The notes under the pieces are model-generated. The model was not told the origin of the DNA. It ran no database searches and worked only from the letters and a program-made list of their open reading frames with translations. From Trueperaceae bacterium (GTDB taxonomy: Bacteria; Deinococcota; Deinococci; Deinococcales; Trueperaceae): DNA of 64,000 nt. The stretch lies in assembly GCA_965213925.1 (NCBI GenBank), contig OZ243927.1:3040001-3104000 (forward strand), in the 5' to 3' direction. A program made the translations under genes and the position numbers. The first letter of the stretch is position 1. Each line of letters begins with the position of its first letter. Positions 19,065 through 29,272 of the stretch are shown piece after piece.

Positions 19065-20276
19065 CTAGAGGGTGCCAACGCCTTTGGCGTCTTGGAGGCT
19101 CGCCGCTTCGAAGTGCGCCACCATCCGCGCGATAGTGGTTTCGATAGCGTACTCTTTGAACACGTGCGCTTTCCCCTTTTGCCCGGTTGTCTTCCTTAAC
19201 TCGGCGTTGCGAAGGAGGCGCTCCAGAGCGTCCGCCAAGGGCTCGGGCTCTTTCGCTGGCACGAGCAGACCCCGGCCGTCCGCGAGCAGCTCGGGCATCC
19301 CGCCGACCGAGGTCGTCACGGCGGGGACCCCGTAAGACATCGCTTCGATGATCGCCACCGAGATACCTTCATGCAAGCTGGGCATGACGATGATGTCGAC
19401 TTCGCCCGTGCGGTACTTTTCGATGAGCTTTTCGTGGGCGACTTGCCCCAGAAGTTCGACGTGCTCGCCGAGCCCCTTTTGGGCGATGAGCGCCTCCAAT
19501 TCGGCACGCTGCTCGCCGCGCCCGGCGACGCCTATCTTAAACACTAAGCCTCTGTCTTTAAGGCGTGACGCAGCTTCGATGAGGTATTTCAGTCCTTTGC
19601 GCGGGATGAGGCTCGCAGGGCAGATGATGTAGGGGCGCGCGGTCTCTCGGCGAGAGGTCGCGACCTCTTCTAGCTCGACGCCCATGCGAATCACGCTGCC
19701 TTTGCTGTCCAACTGCTCGATACCGAGCGCGTAAGCGTCGTCGAGCCCGTCTTGCGAGATGAAGCGGGTGAAGCTGCTGCTCGAGACCTTCTCGTTCAAG
19801 AGGTTGTTCTCTTCGATGTCCCAGCGGTGCGCGGTAAAGCTCCAGGGGATGCCTGTAGCCTCGCCCGCGATAAGCGCGACGGTGGCGGGCGTCGAGGCCC
19901 AGTAAGCGTGGATATGGTCCGCGCCCCACGCCCTAGCAACGTGCGCCAGCCAGAGACCTTTAGGAATGACCGAGGCATTTTTAAGGGGCGTCGTGAGTTT
20001 ACGACCTCTCAGCACCTTGACCGCCGTGCGAAGACTCCGGCGCGGCGTGTGGGTCAGCGCCGCGCCCATCCCTCTAATGATACTCCCCGAGATGAGCGGC
20101 TCGGCGCGGGTCAGCGGCAGGAGTTGCGCCGCGTCACCGTGCGTGATCTCGCCGGGAATTTGCCGAGGCGCGAGCAACACCTCGTGACCCTTGCGGACGA
20201 GTTCGTTGATTTCGGAGATCGCAAACGCTTCGGTGTGACCGAAAGGAAGATGCGCGGTGACATAGATGATTTTCAT
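19065..20276 (-). CDS. Glycosyltransferase family 4 (WcaL-like)
   Basis: HIHAYWA, SFTAH, PRKG, EGISVAIIEAMSYGVP (EX7E). Confidence 0.92.
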   Translation of the reverse strand: MKIIYVTAHLPFGHTEAFAISEINELVRKGHEVLLAPRQIPGEITHGDAAQLLPLTRAEPLISGSIIRGMGAALTHTPRRSLRTAVKVLRGRKLTTPLKNASVIPKGLWLAHVARAWGADHIHAYWASTPATVALIAGEATGIPWSFTAHRWDIEENNLLNEKVSSSSFTRFISQDGLDDAYALGIEQLDSKGSVIRMGVELEEVATSRRETARPYIICPASLIPRKGLKYLIEAASRLKDRGLVFKIGVAGRGEQRAELEALIAQKGLGEHVELLGQVAHEKLIEKYRTGEVDIIVMPSLHEGISVAIIEAMSYGVPAVTTSVGGMPELLADGRGLLVPAKEPEPLADALERLLRNAELRKTTGQKGKAHVFKEYAIETTIARMVAHFEAASLQDAKGVGTL

Positions 20277-20594
20277 AGTTCAACTTTCATAGCACGTTTA
20301 GTCTCGCCGTGCGCTTTAGCACTGAGGATGCAGCGTGCTCAGTTCGGTGTAGCGCGTTCGCCACGCACAGACGCGACGCTAAGGCGTCTTATATATTCTA
20401 TATGTTGCAGCTTGCCCGACACGGGTAAGTGCGGGGCGCGAATAGCTTCAAGGTTAGTTTACCCGCTCTACACCCCATCGGGGTGTACATTTGAACGACC
20501 CGAACGAGCTTGACTAAGCAGACGTTCTGGCTCATGAGGACGTGTTTGTTACATCTGCGGAAAGTGCCGCGGTTAAATATGATAGCTTAACCGC

Positions 20595-21896
20595 ATGCGC
20601 ATCGTTTACCTCGAGCAATTTTTTCGCACCACCGCCATGATAGGTCATACGAGAGCTTACGAGATCGCCCGGCGCTTCACCGCCTGGGGACACGAAGTTC
20701 ACATGGTGACCTCGAGCTTCGGCAACACCTTGAATAGCCCCAACTACAAGAACGTGTCCGTTTTAGACGCTTACCCCAACGCCAAACCTGACGGACGCTG
20801 GTACGAGGCGGAAGAGGACGGCATCAAGGTCCACCTGCTGCCCAACCCCTACTCGAACTACATGGGCTTCGCCGAACGCATCCAGTCCTACTTTCGCTTC
20901 GCCACGGGCGCGGCGCGTAAAGCCGCCTCGCTCGACGGGGACGTTATCTTCGCGACGAGCCCCGCGCTGACGATCTCGCTGCCCGCGATGTACGCGGCTA
21001 GGCGCTCGCGCACGCCCTTCGTCTTCGAGGTGCGCGACCTGTGGCCCGAAGCGCCGATCCAGATGGGCGCGCTCACCTCCAAGCCCGCTATCTGGAGCGC
21101 GCTGGCGCTCGAGCGCCTCGCCTACAACCAAGCGTCTCACATCGTTGCCCTCTCGCCTGGCATGAAAGAGGGCGTCCTCGCTAAAGGCGTCCCTGAAAGC
21201 AAAGTCAGCGTCATCCCTAACTCGTCCGACTTGGATATTTTCAGCCCCGACGTAGACGCGGGCGACTTCAGAGAACGCTTGGGCGTCGGCGACAAGTTCA
21301 TGCTGCTCTACTTCGGCGCGATGGGCGAGGCGAACGGTCTAGGTTTCGTGTTAGACGGCGCAGCCGAACTCAAACGGCGCGGCAGAGACGACGTCGTCTG
21401 CGTTTTGCACGGCGACGGCAAAGAGCGTCCCATGCTAGAGGCGCGGCAAAAAGCTGAGGGCTTAGACAACGTCGTCTTCTCCGACCAGGACCTTCCTAAA
21501 AGCGACGTGGCGCGGCTCGTCGCCTCGGCAGACGTTGCGATGACCATCTACAAAAACGTGCCGATCCTCTACACCTGCTCGCCCAACAAGATGTTCGACT
21601 CGTTCGCCGCTGGCAAACCTGTTTTGACCAACATGCCGGGTTGGTTGCAGGGCTTGGTCGAGAACCACAACGCGGGCGTTTTCGTGGAGCCTGACAACGC
21701 GCAAGACTTTGCGGACAAAGCGGCCGAGCTAGCTGCGCACCCCGAACGCTGCGAAATGTACAGCAAGAACTCGCGCAAGCTCGCCGAGGAGATGTTCGCC
21801 CGCGACAAGCTCGTCAAGGAGTTGGAGCGCGTTTTGAGCGCCCAAGCGAAAAACCGCGACGTGTTAGCGAGCGCGCAAGCGCAAGTCAAAGAGTAG
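20595..21896 (+). CDS. Glycosyltransferase family 4 (WbuB-like)
   Basis: FEVRDLWPE, SPNKMFDSFAAGKPV. Confidence 0.92.
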   Translation: MRIVYLEQFFRTTAMIGHTRAYEIARRFTAWGHEVHMVTSSFGNTLNSPNYKNVSVLDAYPNAKPDGRWYEAEEDGIKVHLLPNPYSNYMGFAERIQSYFRFATGAARKAASLDGDVIFATSPALTISLPAMYAARRSRTPFVFEVRDLWPEAPIQMGALTSKPAIWSALALERLAYNQASHIVALSPGMKEGVLAKGVPESKVSVIPNSSDLDIFSPDVDAGDFRERLGVGDKFMLLYFGAMGEANGLGFVLDGAAELKRRGRDDVVCVLHGDGKERPMLEARQKAEGLDNVVFSDQDLPKSDVARLVASADVAMTIYKNVPILYTCSPNKMFDSFAAGKPVLTNMPGWLQGLVENHNAGVFVEPDNAQDFADKAAELAAHPERCEMYSKNSRKLAEEMFARDKLVKELERVLSAQAKNRDVLASAQAQVKE

Positions 21897-21936
21897 CGCG
21901 CACAGAGCGGCTCCTCCTTAGGTCTTTGCTCGTTGT

Positions 21937-22857
21937 TTAACGTTCCCGCAAAAACCCCTCGAGTTCCTCTTTCGTCGGCGGATTTGCGCCCGCTCTGGTG
22001 CAGTTGAACGCGGCGGCGGCGGCGGCGGTGCGAAGAACCTCTCGCCAGGCTTCTTCAGAGAGATCTTGAACGCTATCCTGCGCCAAAAGCGACACCATGA
22101 GCGCCCCCGTAAAGGTATCCCCCGCCCCGACCGTATCCACCACCTCGACCTCGAAAGAGGGCGCGCGCAAGTCGTCGTGTCCAGCACGGTAGAGCGTGAC
22201 CCCTTCGCCGCCACCTGTCACGATGACCGCGCGAGACCCGTGCTCTAGCCACCTCCGCGCGACCTCTTTGTAAGCCGTATCGGGGTAAAGCCAGCGCAAA
22301 TCCTGCGAACTCACCTTGACGATGTGGCTGATCGGCAACCAGTCGCGCCTGAGCCGCGCTTCGAACGCCTCCCTGTCGGGGATGAGCGCCGGGCGCACGT
22401 TAGGATCGAAAACGATCGTTGCGCGCTTCACATGTTTCGCGGCGGTCTCGGTGAGCGTTGTGGCGGCAGGCTCTTGTAGCAGGCTGATCGAGCCGAACTG
22501 CACCATCTTCACGTCGCCGAAGTCCTGACGCGGCTGCGGGTCGTAAAGGACGTCGGCGGAGCTGTTCGCGATAAAGTCGAACACGGCTTCGCCCTCCACC
22601 TCGCCGACGAACGCGAGCGTCGAGGGCGCGTCACTCTCCAACAAAAAATTCGTATTCACGTCGTTATCCTGCAAATGTGCTCGGATAGCCTGCCCGAACT
22701 GGTCCGAGGATATTTGCGACGCGAACCCGACCGTTTCGCCGAGCCGCGCCGACGCCACCGCTACATTTAAGGGCGAGCCGCCCACATACCCCTTAAAGGT
22801 CAGCGTGTCAGTTTCCTTAAAGTCGATGAGGGCGTCGCCCATACAAATGATGTTCAT
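21937..22857 (-). CDS. PfkB family carbohydrate kinase (fructokinase-like)
   Basis: GGSPLNVAVASARLG, FDPNVRP, VDTVGAGDTF. Confidence 0.93.
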   Translation of the reverse strand: MNIICMGDALIDFKETDTLTFKGYVGGSPLNVAVASARLGETVGFASQISSDQFGQAIRAHLQDNDVNTNFLLESDAPSTLAFVGEVEGEAVFDFIANSSADVLYDPQPRQDFGDVKMVQFGSISLLQEPAATTLTETAAKHVKRATIVFDPNVRPALIPDREAFEARLRRDWLPISHIVKVSSQDLRWLYPDTAYKEVARRWLEHGSRAVIVTGGGEGVTLYRAGHDDLRAPSFEVEVVDTVGAGDTFTGALMVSLLAQDSVQDLSEEAWREVLRTAAAAAAFNCTRAGANPPTKEELEGFLRER

Positions 22858-22931
22858 GCAAGACCTCGCTCGTTCTTGAGTGGCTCACTCTATCAGAGCA
22901 CCGGCACCACTGTCACGAAACCACTGTCACG

Positions 22932-22962
22932 AAAAAGACCCGACCTCTTTTCAAGGTCGGGC
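22932..22962 (-). terminator. Rho-independent terminator of ssrA
   Basis: Minus strand CCCGACCT-TGAAAAG-AGGTCGGG-TCTTTTT immediately after the tmRNA 3' end. Confidence 0.8.
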
Positions 22963-22968
22963 TGCTAG

Positions 22969-23334
22969 TGGAGGCGGCGGGAGTCGAACCCGCGTCCGAG
23001 ACTCCTTCAGACGGGTTTCTACGTGTGTAGTCACCGAATCGTTGTCGGCTGAGGGCAGGCTCGGTGACAGACCTGAGCCCCCAGCTTAAACATCATTTTA
23101 GTTTCGCTGCGCCCCGACGTTAGAAGACGCAGCTAGCTTGTTTTAGGACGTCCCTCTAGCGAGCCACAAGCGGGGCTTCTAGCGGACGGTTAGCTACTCT
23201 TACGCAGCTAGTGCAAAGCTCTGTGAGCTATTGTGGTTGCCAGTTATTGGCTGTGCCGTTTTTTAGAGAGGCCAACGGCGTCCTCTACACGCTACCCTAT
23301 CCTCCGTGAGCCCCGTCGAGACCAGGTCGCCCCC
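22969..23334 (-). ncRNA. ssrA: tmRNA (transfer-messenger RNA)
   Basis: 5' GGGGGCGACCTGGTCTCGACGGG and 3' GCGGGTTCGACTCCCGCCGCCTCCA, forming the T-arm and an acceptor stem with G3-U. Tag ORF 23241-23200 reads (A)GNHNSSQSFALAA*. Confidence 0.97.
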
Positions 23335-23423
23335 AGGAGTATGGCAAGGTTTAGTATAGCACATAAGCGCCTGTTCGGGATGAAGCCGGTAACGTTTCAA
23401 AGGCTTTTATCGTCACCTTTGAA

Positions 23424-23606
23424 TACACTGTTAACTAAGTTTTGCATCACTGTTGTCACCCCGAGCGCAGCCGAGGGGTCTCGCATTACAATCTCTGTCA
23501 GGGAAAGAGGCAAATGCAGAGATTCTTTCACTCCGCGGAGTCTATCCTACGCTCGCCGTAGGGCTCCGTTCAGAATGACATCACTCATTTTTTAGTTGAC
23601 AGAGTA
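23424..23606. mobile_element. MITE-like element, copy A
   Basis: TA-CACTGTTAACTAA...TTAGTTGACAGAG-TA ends, with internal TGTCACCC, GGGTCTCG, GAGATTCTTTCAC and GTTCAGAATGACA blocks shared with the other copies. Confidence 0.75.
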
Positions 23607-23816
23607 CTGAAGCTCGATTTTCTTTGTCTTTACTACGCCAAGAGCAGTTCAGCTCGTCAGCCTGTCAGCTAAGCGTTTGTCCTAAAAGGCTGACAGGCTG
23701 ATCGCCTGACTCTCTACGCTTTCACCTTGGGGGATAAAAACCTGGTTTCGGCTCCTTATGCCCCCACCTGTAAGGGACGCTCGAGTCTCCCTCCTCCAAA
23801 CGGTTTATAAGAAGGC

Positions 23817-25439
23817 ATGGGTTCCGAAACAGCTTTTCCCACCTTGGACGACGCACAGATCGAAACGCTCAGGGGTTACGGCGAACTTTGGCAGACCGAA
23901 CAGGGGCAAACGCTCTTCGAGGTAGGCGACCCGACCTACCGCTTTATCGTCATCCTGTCGGGCAAAGTCGCGGTGGTCGAGCGCTTAGGAGACGAGGAGA
24001 ACGTTATCGCGGAGAGCGAGGTGAGGAGCTTTCTAGGCGAACTCAACATGCTCACCAACCAGGCGGTCTACCTCACGGCGGTGGTGCGCGAAGCGGGCGA
24101 GGTCATCGCGATTCCGCCCGCGGCGCTACGCGACATCATCGCCTCGGAGCCGGAACTGAGCGACCTCATTCTAGGTGCGTTCATCGCGCGGCGCGAGCTT
24201 ATCGTGGCGCGTTCGTCGGCGTTTTTGCGGCTCATCGGACCGGAATACTCCGGCGAGACGCTGCACCTGCGCGAATTCATGGTGCGCAACCGGCTCTCGC
24301 ATAGGTGGCTCGAGCCCCATGAAGAAGACGCCCAGGACCTCTTGGCGCGCTTCAACGTGTCGGCTGAGGACGCCCCTATCATCATCTGGCAAGATCGCGA
24401 GGTGTTGACGAACCCCAGCCTCAGCGAACTCGCCCAGACCATCGGTTTAGACCTCCAGGTGACGGACGGGCACTTCGACCTCATCGTCGTGGGCGCGGGC
24501 CCGGCGGGCTTAGCCGCATCGGTATATGGCGCGTCTGAAGGGCTCTCCACCGTCGCGGTCGAGTCCATCGCCACGGGCGGGCAAGCGGGCACCTCGTCGA
24601 AAATAGAGAACTACTTGGGCTTTCCCGCCGGGCTTTCGGGCGCGGAACTCGCGAGCCGCGCGGAGGTGCAAGCCTTGAAGTTCGGCGCGCGCATCACCGT
24701 GCCGCGTTCGGCGCAGCGCCTTAGGCGCGAGGGCGAATGCTACGCCGTAACGCTGGACGACGACAGCACGCTCACCGGAAGGAGCGTCGTCATCGCGACG
24801 GGCGCACGCTACCGCAAGTTGGGCGTACCGCGCCTAGACGAGTTCGAAGGTGTGGGCGTCTACTACGCCGCCACCGACATCGAGGCGCGGCTCTGTAAGG
24901 GCGACGAGGTCATCGTAGTGGGCGGCGGCAACTCGGCGGGACAGGCGGCTGTTTTCCTGTCGCGGCACGCCGCGAGGGTCCACGTAATGATTCGCGGCGA
25001 CGACCTGGGCAAGAGCATGTCGCGCTATCTGCTCAGCCGCATCGAGACCCTCTCGAATATCGAAGTGCACTATCACACCGAAATCGCCGAGCTGCACGGC
25101 GGCGAGGGTCACGGGAGGTTGACGGGCGTCACGGTCAAAAACAATCAGAATGGCGAGAGGTCGCGCGTGGACGTGTCGGGTGTCTTCACCTTTATCGGCG
25201 CGATTCCCTATACCGAGTGGCTGGACGGAACCTTGGCGTTGGACGAAAAAGGCTTCGTCTTGACGGGCGAGGACGCCGAGCGAGAGACCGAGAACCGGTC
25301 TCTACTAGAGACCACCCTCCCTGGCGTCTTCGCGGTGGGCGATGTGCGGAGCGGCTCGGTCAAGCGCGTCGCCTCGGCGGTGGGCGAGGGTTCGATCGTG
25401 GTGCGGTTTATTCACGACGCGCTAGAGGCACAGGCGTAG
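23817..25439 (+). CDS. cNMP-binding domain FAD-dependent oxidoreductase (thioredoxin reductase-like)
   Basis: N-terminal cNMP domain (LFEVGD...FLGELNML), GAGPAGLAASVYGASEGL, IENYLGFP, GGGNSAGQAA, AVGDVRSGSVKRVASAVGEG. Confidence 0.9.
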   Translation: MGSETAFPTLDDAQIETLRGYGELWQTEQGQTLFEVGDPTYRFIVILSGKVAVVERLGDEENVIAESEVRSFLGELNMLTNQAVYLTAVVREAGEVIAIPPAALRDIIASEPELSDLILGAFIARRELIVARSSAFLRLIGPEYSGETLHLREFMVRNRLSHRWLEPHEEDAQDLLARFNVSAEDAPIIIWQDREVLTNPSLSELAQTIGLDLQVTDGHFDLIVVGAGPAGLAASVYGASEGLSTVAVESIATGGQAGTSSKIENYLGFPAGLSGAELASRAEVQALKFGARITVPRSAQRLRREGECYAVTLDDDSTLTGRSVVIATGARYRKLGVPRLDEFEGVGVYYAATDIEARLCKGDEVIVVGGGNSAGQAAVFLSRHAARVHVMIRGDDLGKSMSRYLLSRIETLSNIEVHYHTEIAELHGGEGHGRLTGVTVKNNQNGERSRVDVSGVFTFIGAIPYTEWLDGTLALDEKGFVLTGEDAERETENRSLLETTLPGVFAVGDVRSGSVKRVASAVGEGSIVVRFIHDALEAQA

Positions 25440-25622
25440 ACGAGGGGTCTCGGTTGGCTATGCCAAAACTCTGTGACTTTCAATCTCTGCAAGAGGAGTC
25501 AGCAAGGGCAGAGATTCTTTCACGGAGTCTATCCTATGGTTTACCGTAGGGCGGAGTCTATCCTACACTCGCCGTAGGGCTACGTTCAGAATGACATGAC
25601 TCATTTTTTACTTGACAGTGTA
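25433..25622. mobile_element. MITE-like element, copy B (left end missing)
   Basis: GAGGGGTCTCG...GAGATTCTTTCAC...GTTCAGAATGACA...TTACTTGACAGTG-TA, with an internal tandem duplication of CGGAGTCTATCCTA...CCGTAGGG. Confidence 0.7.
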
Positions 25623-25728
25623 TTCAGTGTCGCTTCTCGCGACAACACGCCGACTGCTCTGACATGGGGGCTGGTATATTGCGCTATTCGTTGAGTTAAG
25701 CGCGTGGCAGATTAGCCAGAGGAGTTCG

Positions 25729-26484
25729 ATGAAAATTATCAGCATTATCAAGCAAGTTCCTGACGCTGAAGCGAGGATTCGCAGTTCTGCCGAGGGTATT
25801 GACCTAGAGGGCGTCACCTTTGTCATTGACGGAATGGACGAGTACGGCGTGGAGCAGTCGCTCCGCGTCAAAGAGTCGGGCGAAGACGCCGAAATCGTCG
25901 TGCTCGCGCTCGGTCCTAAACGCTTCGAAGAAGCGATCCGCACCGCGCTCGCGATGGGCGCAGACCGCGCGGTTCATATCGAAACGGACGACCCGCTCGA
26001 CCCCATCGCTCAAGCGAAGGTGCTCGCTAAAGTGATCTCGGACGAAGGGGCGGACGTGGTTTTTGTGGGCGGACAGGAGGCGGACTGGGACTCGTCGGCG
26101 CTCGGTCCGGCGGTGGCGGAAGCTCTGGGGTGGGCGCATGCGGACTGGACGACGAAGCTCGAGTTCCAAGACGCCCAGGCGAGCGTCACCCACGACAGCG
26201 ACGAGGGCAGCGAAGACCTTACCCTGCCCTTACCTCTTGTCATCACCACCCAGCAAGGCTTAAACGAGCCGCGTTATCCGACGCTCCCTAACATCATGAA
26301 AGCCAAGCGCAAGGAGCTGAAAAAGCTCAGTTTAGAAGAGGTCGGCGGCGCGGAGGCGAAAACGGTCGTCGTCAAAGAAGAGATTCAGGTGCGCGAGCGC
26401 CGCCAGCACATGATTGAAGGAGACGCGGCGGAGGCGGCGCAGGAACTTGCGAAGCTGCTGCGAGAAGAGGAAAAGGTTCTGTAA
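25729..26484 (+). CDS. etfB: Electron transfer flavoprotein beta subunit
   Basis: IKQVPD, ALAMGADRA, LNEPRYPTLPNIMKAKRK. Confidence 0.96.
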   Translation: MKIISIIKQVPDAEARIRSSAEGIDLEGVTFVIDGMDEYGVEQSLRVKESGEDAEIVVLALGPKRFEEAIRTALAMGADRAVHIETDDPLDPIAQAKVLAKVISDEGADVVFVGGQEADWDSSALGPAVAEALGWAHADWTTKLEFQDAQASVTHDSDEGSEDLTLPLPLVITTQQGLNEPRYPTLPNIMKAKRKELKKLSLEEVGGAEAKTVVVKEEIQVRERRQHMIEGDAAEAAQELAKLLREEEKVL

Positions 26485-26734
26485 ATTGTGTCTTGCAGAA
26501 ACACCTAAGACCCGCCTAACAACGCCTTTCTTTGCCTGAAGCTTTTAGCGATTAGGTATTAGCTCAAAAACCTTTGCTAACCGCTAAGGGCTAAAAGCTC
26601 CGACAGTGTCGCGTTGTGTGTCCACCGAATGGATGCAAGACATAAGTATAAGCAGCTCAGCGTTTCAGCCAGTCAGGGAAAGAACCTAACGAGCGGACAG
26701 GCTGACTTGCTACCACGCTCTCCGAAGGAGAAAA

Positions 26735-27703
26735 ATGATTTTACTCGTAGCAGAACATAAAAACGGCAAGCTTCGCAAAAGCGCGTCTGAACTCGTGACG
26801 GCGGCAAAGGCGTTGGCGGAGCCTTTAGACGCACAGGTGGCGGGGCTCGTCATCGGTAGCGATACGGACGCAGCGGCGGGTGAACTCGCCAAGTATGTCG
26901 GTGCGGTCTACACGGCGACGGACGAGGCGCTCGGCACGTTTCGGGCGGAACCCTATACAACCGTAGTGACGCAAGTCGCTAAAGCAAAAGAGGTCAAGGC
27001 GGTGCTCGTCGCGGCGTCTCGCTCGGGGCTTTCGTATAGCCCGCGCGTGGCGCTCAGGCTGGACGCGGGGCTGCTCGAGGACGTCACCTCGTTAGAGGTT
27101 CAAGACGAAAAGGTCACAGCGCGGCGGTTCTCGTACCTCTCGCGCGTCACCGAGACTGTCCAAGCGCAGAGCCTACCTGTTGTCGTTAGCGTCAAGCCGA
27201 ACATCTTTCCCGTCGCCGAGGAGAGCGGTGAGGGGCAAATCGAAGCGGCCGAGGTTTCGCTGGGCGAGCACGATACCCGCGTCGAGGTAGGCGAGCGGCA
27301 TACCGCAGGGGGCGAGCGCGTCGCGTTAGAAGAGGCGAGCGTCGTGGTGACGGGCGGGCGAGGCGTGGGCAGCGCGGAAGGGTTTAGCACCTTGGTCGAA
27401 CCGCTTGCCGATGCGCTTTCGGCGGGGATAGGCTCGACCCGCGCCGTTGTGGACGCGGGCTGGCGACCTTACGGCGAGCAGATCGGGCAAACCGGCAAAA
27501 CGGTTGCGCCTAACTTGTACGTGGCTTTAGGCGTATCGGGCGCGGTGCAGCACCTCTCAGGGATGAACCGCTCGAAGGTCATCGTCGCGATCAACAAAGA
27601 CGCCGACGCGCCGATCTTTAAGGTGGCGGACTACGGAATCGTCGGCGACGCGAACGCGGTTGTGCCGGAGTTTCAAAAGGCGGTACAAGAGGGCAAGGAG
27701 TAG
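26735..27703 (+). CDS. etfA: Electron transfer flavoprotein alpha subunit
   Basis: [44 protein letters not shown]. Confidence 0.96.
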   Translation: MILLVAEHKNGKLRKSASELVTAAKALAEPLDAQVAGLVIGSDTDAAAGELAKYVGAVYTATDEALGTFRAEPYTTVVTQVAKAKEVKAVLVAASRSGLSYSPRVALRLDAGLLEDVTSLEVQDEKVTARRFSYLSRVTETVQAQSLPVVVSVKPNIFPVAEESGEGQIEAAEVSLGEHDTRVEVGERHTAGGERVALEEASVVVTGGRGVGSAEGFSTLVEPLADALSAGIGSTRAVVDAGWRPYGEQIGQTGKTVAPNLYVALGVSGAVQHLSGMNRSKVIVAINKDADAPIFKVADYGIVGDANAVVPEFQKAVQEGKE

Positions 27704-27725
27704 CTTTAATTCGTTCGGAGTTGAG

Positions 27726-27977
27726 TACACCGTAAACTAAGTATTGACACCTTCGCTGATGTCACCCTGTTCACGAAGTAGAGCGAAGCTTCGGCGAAGG
27801 CGTAAGGGTCTCGTTTGGCTATGCCAAAACTTTGTAACTCGCAATCTCGGCTATTGGGGAATGGAAGACGAGATTCTTTCACTCCGCTGTCGCTCCACAG
27901 GTCAAGGCTAAGAGCCTACTGAGCTTTGCTCTAACCTAGTTCAGAATGACATTACTCATTCTTTAGTTGACGGTGTA
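27726..27977. mobile_element. MITE-like element, copy C
   Basis: TA-CACCGTAAACTAA...TTAGTTGACGGTG-TA ends, with the same internal blocks as copy A. Confidence 0.78.
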
Positions 27978-27982
27978 TTGAG

Positions 27983-28224
27983 TACACCGTTAAACAAGGA
28001 ATGCAACACTGTTGTCACCCTGTTCACGAAGTACGGCGCAACCTGGTTATCGAAGGGTCTCGTTCGGCTGTGCCGAAACTGCGTAATTGGCTGCGCTAAA
28101 ACTGCGTAACTTTCGTTCTCTGTCAGAGGAGTCAGCAAGGTCAGAGATTCTTTCACTTCACGGAGCCTGCCCTGGTGAGGGTTGCGTTCAGAATGACATC
28201 ACTTATTCTTTACTTAACGCTGTA
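27983..28224. mobile_element. MITE-like element, copy D (in tandem with C)
   Basis: TA-CACCGTTAAACAAGGAAT...ATTCTTTACTTAACGCTG-TA ends, with the same internal blocks. Confidence 0.75.
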
Positions 28225-28317
28225 TTGAGTCACGCCTAGCAATTTGCAACAGCTAGGCGTGACCTCGTCTATAGAAGAGGCGTAAGGCGAACGAAGCGCG
28301 TCGGCTCGGCTGCGCTC

Positions 28318-28764
28318 ATGCACGTCGTCCTCGCGCAAACGGTATTTCTACTCCCCTCTAGCACGTTCATAGAGGCGCGCGCAGTCGGTCCCGAGTGCGT
28401 AATCTGGGCGGTGCGTTCGGCGTGTGTAGCGGAGCAACTCGTCGGCAAGAGACGCTACAAAGGTGAAAGTAAGCAGCGGCAAACTGCTGGGATGCGCTCG
28501 GTGCGCCGAGAGATGTTAGAGACGCTGCGCTCGGGTCGGTGCGGGGTGACGCTCGAGCTGGGCGACGTGCTCGCGGCGTACCTGCTCGACGACGCGGCGG
28601 GACACGCGCTCGGCGCGCTGCTCTGCGCTATTCGGGTTGCGCAAGCTGTGAAGCGCGACGTGGTGGAGCGTGTACCAGGTGCGCCGCGGCTCGAGAAAAG
28701 GTATCCGCAGCGGCTCCGCGCGTTCTCGAGCAGCGTGGAGCCCATCCAGATACAAGCTCCGTGA
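28318..28764 (+). pseudogene. Probable C-terminal remnant of a DUF429 (RNase H-fold predicted nuclease) gene
   Basis: AEQLVGKRRYKGESKQRQT...RREMLETLRSGR...LLDDAAGHALGALLC resembles the DUF429 C-terminal half as I recall it. The N-terminal half is absent and the D-x-x-D positions are changed. Confidence 0.5.
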
Positions 28765-29008
28765 TATCGAACAACCGAAGCTAAGCAACTACGGCGAAAC
28801 GCGGCGCGAGGTCCGGTATTGATCGTCGTAAAAGATGAGTTCTCCCGTACGAGACACGTCATCTTTCAGTACGGCGATAACAACCCTGCAGTCAGCGTGC
28901 CCGTTACGCGGAAGCCGCGGCGCGCTGCACGCGCTCTCGTAACCCACGCCCCCTCTTCCAGCAGTTCGGTATTCCACGCCCAAAGGTTCTATACAGGCGA
29001 CCGTCCCC

Positions 29009-29272
29009 TCAAACGGACTCCGCGACCTCCGAAAGCGTGAAGCGCACCTCTTCCATGACCGGATTGCTGAGCACGTTTGTGGCGACCTCTTGAAGTTGCG
29101 CCTCGACCGCTTCACGCTCGCCCGAGAGGGTGAGTTCGATGTATTTGCCCACGCGCAAGTCGCCTATATTGCTATGACCTAGGCGCTTGAGCGTATTCTC
29201 CACGGTGCGCCCTTGTGGGTCTAGGATAGCGCGTTTAAGCGTGACGTACACTTCGGCGTGGTACTTAGGCAT
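29009..29272 (-). CDS. purS: Phosphoribosylformylglycinamidine synthase subunit PurS
   Basis: [27 protein letters not shown]. Confidence 0.96.
   Translation of the reverse strand: MPKYHAEVYVTLKRAILDPQGRTVENTLKRLGHSNIGDLRVGKYIELTLSGEREAVEAQLQEVATNVLSNPVMEEVRFTLSEVAESV

Noticed and set aside
19065..21896. Capsule or O-antigen locus
   Set aside because: Only two divergent GT4 genes, with no flippase, polymerase or nucleotide-sugar genes adjacent.
22907..22969. Genomic island integrated at the ssrA 3' end
   Set aside because: No integrase and no second copy of the ssrA 3' end seen. The flanking pfkB gene looks native.
22880..23595. ORFs 22880-23089 and 23233-23595, and a tRNA-like GGTTCGACTCC arm
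   Set aside because: These are antisense to the tmRNA or overlap a MITE. The T-arm belongs to ssrA, not to a tRNA.
23424..28224. Possible CRISPR array from recurring conserved blocks with variable spacers
   Set aside because: The blocks differ from one another, are not regularly spaced direct repeats, form nested inverted repeats, and no cas genes are present.
28789..29008. Possible gene downstream of purS
   Set aside because: No convincing start, RBS or recognisable motif in any frame, so it is left unannotated.
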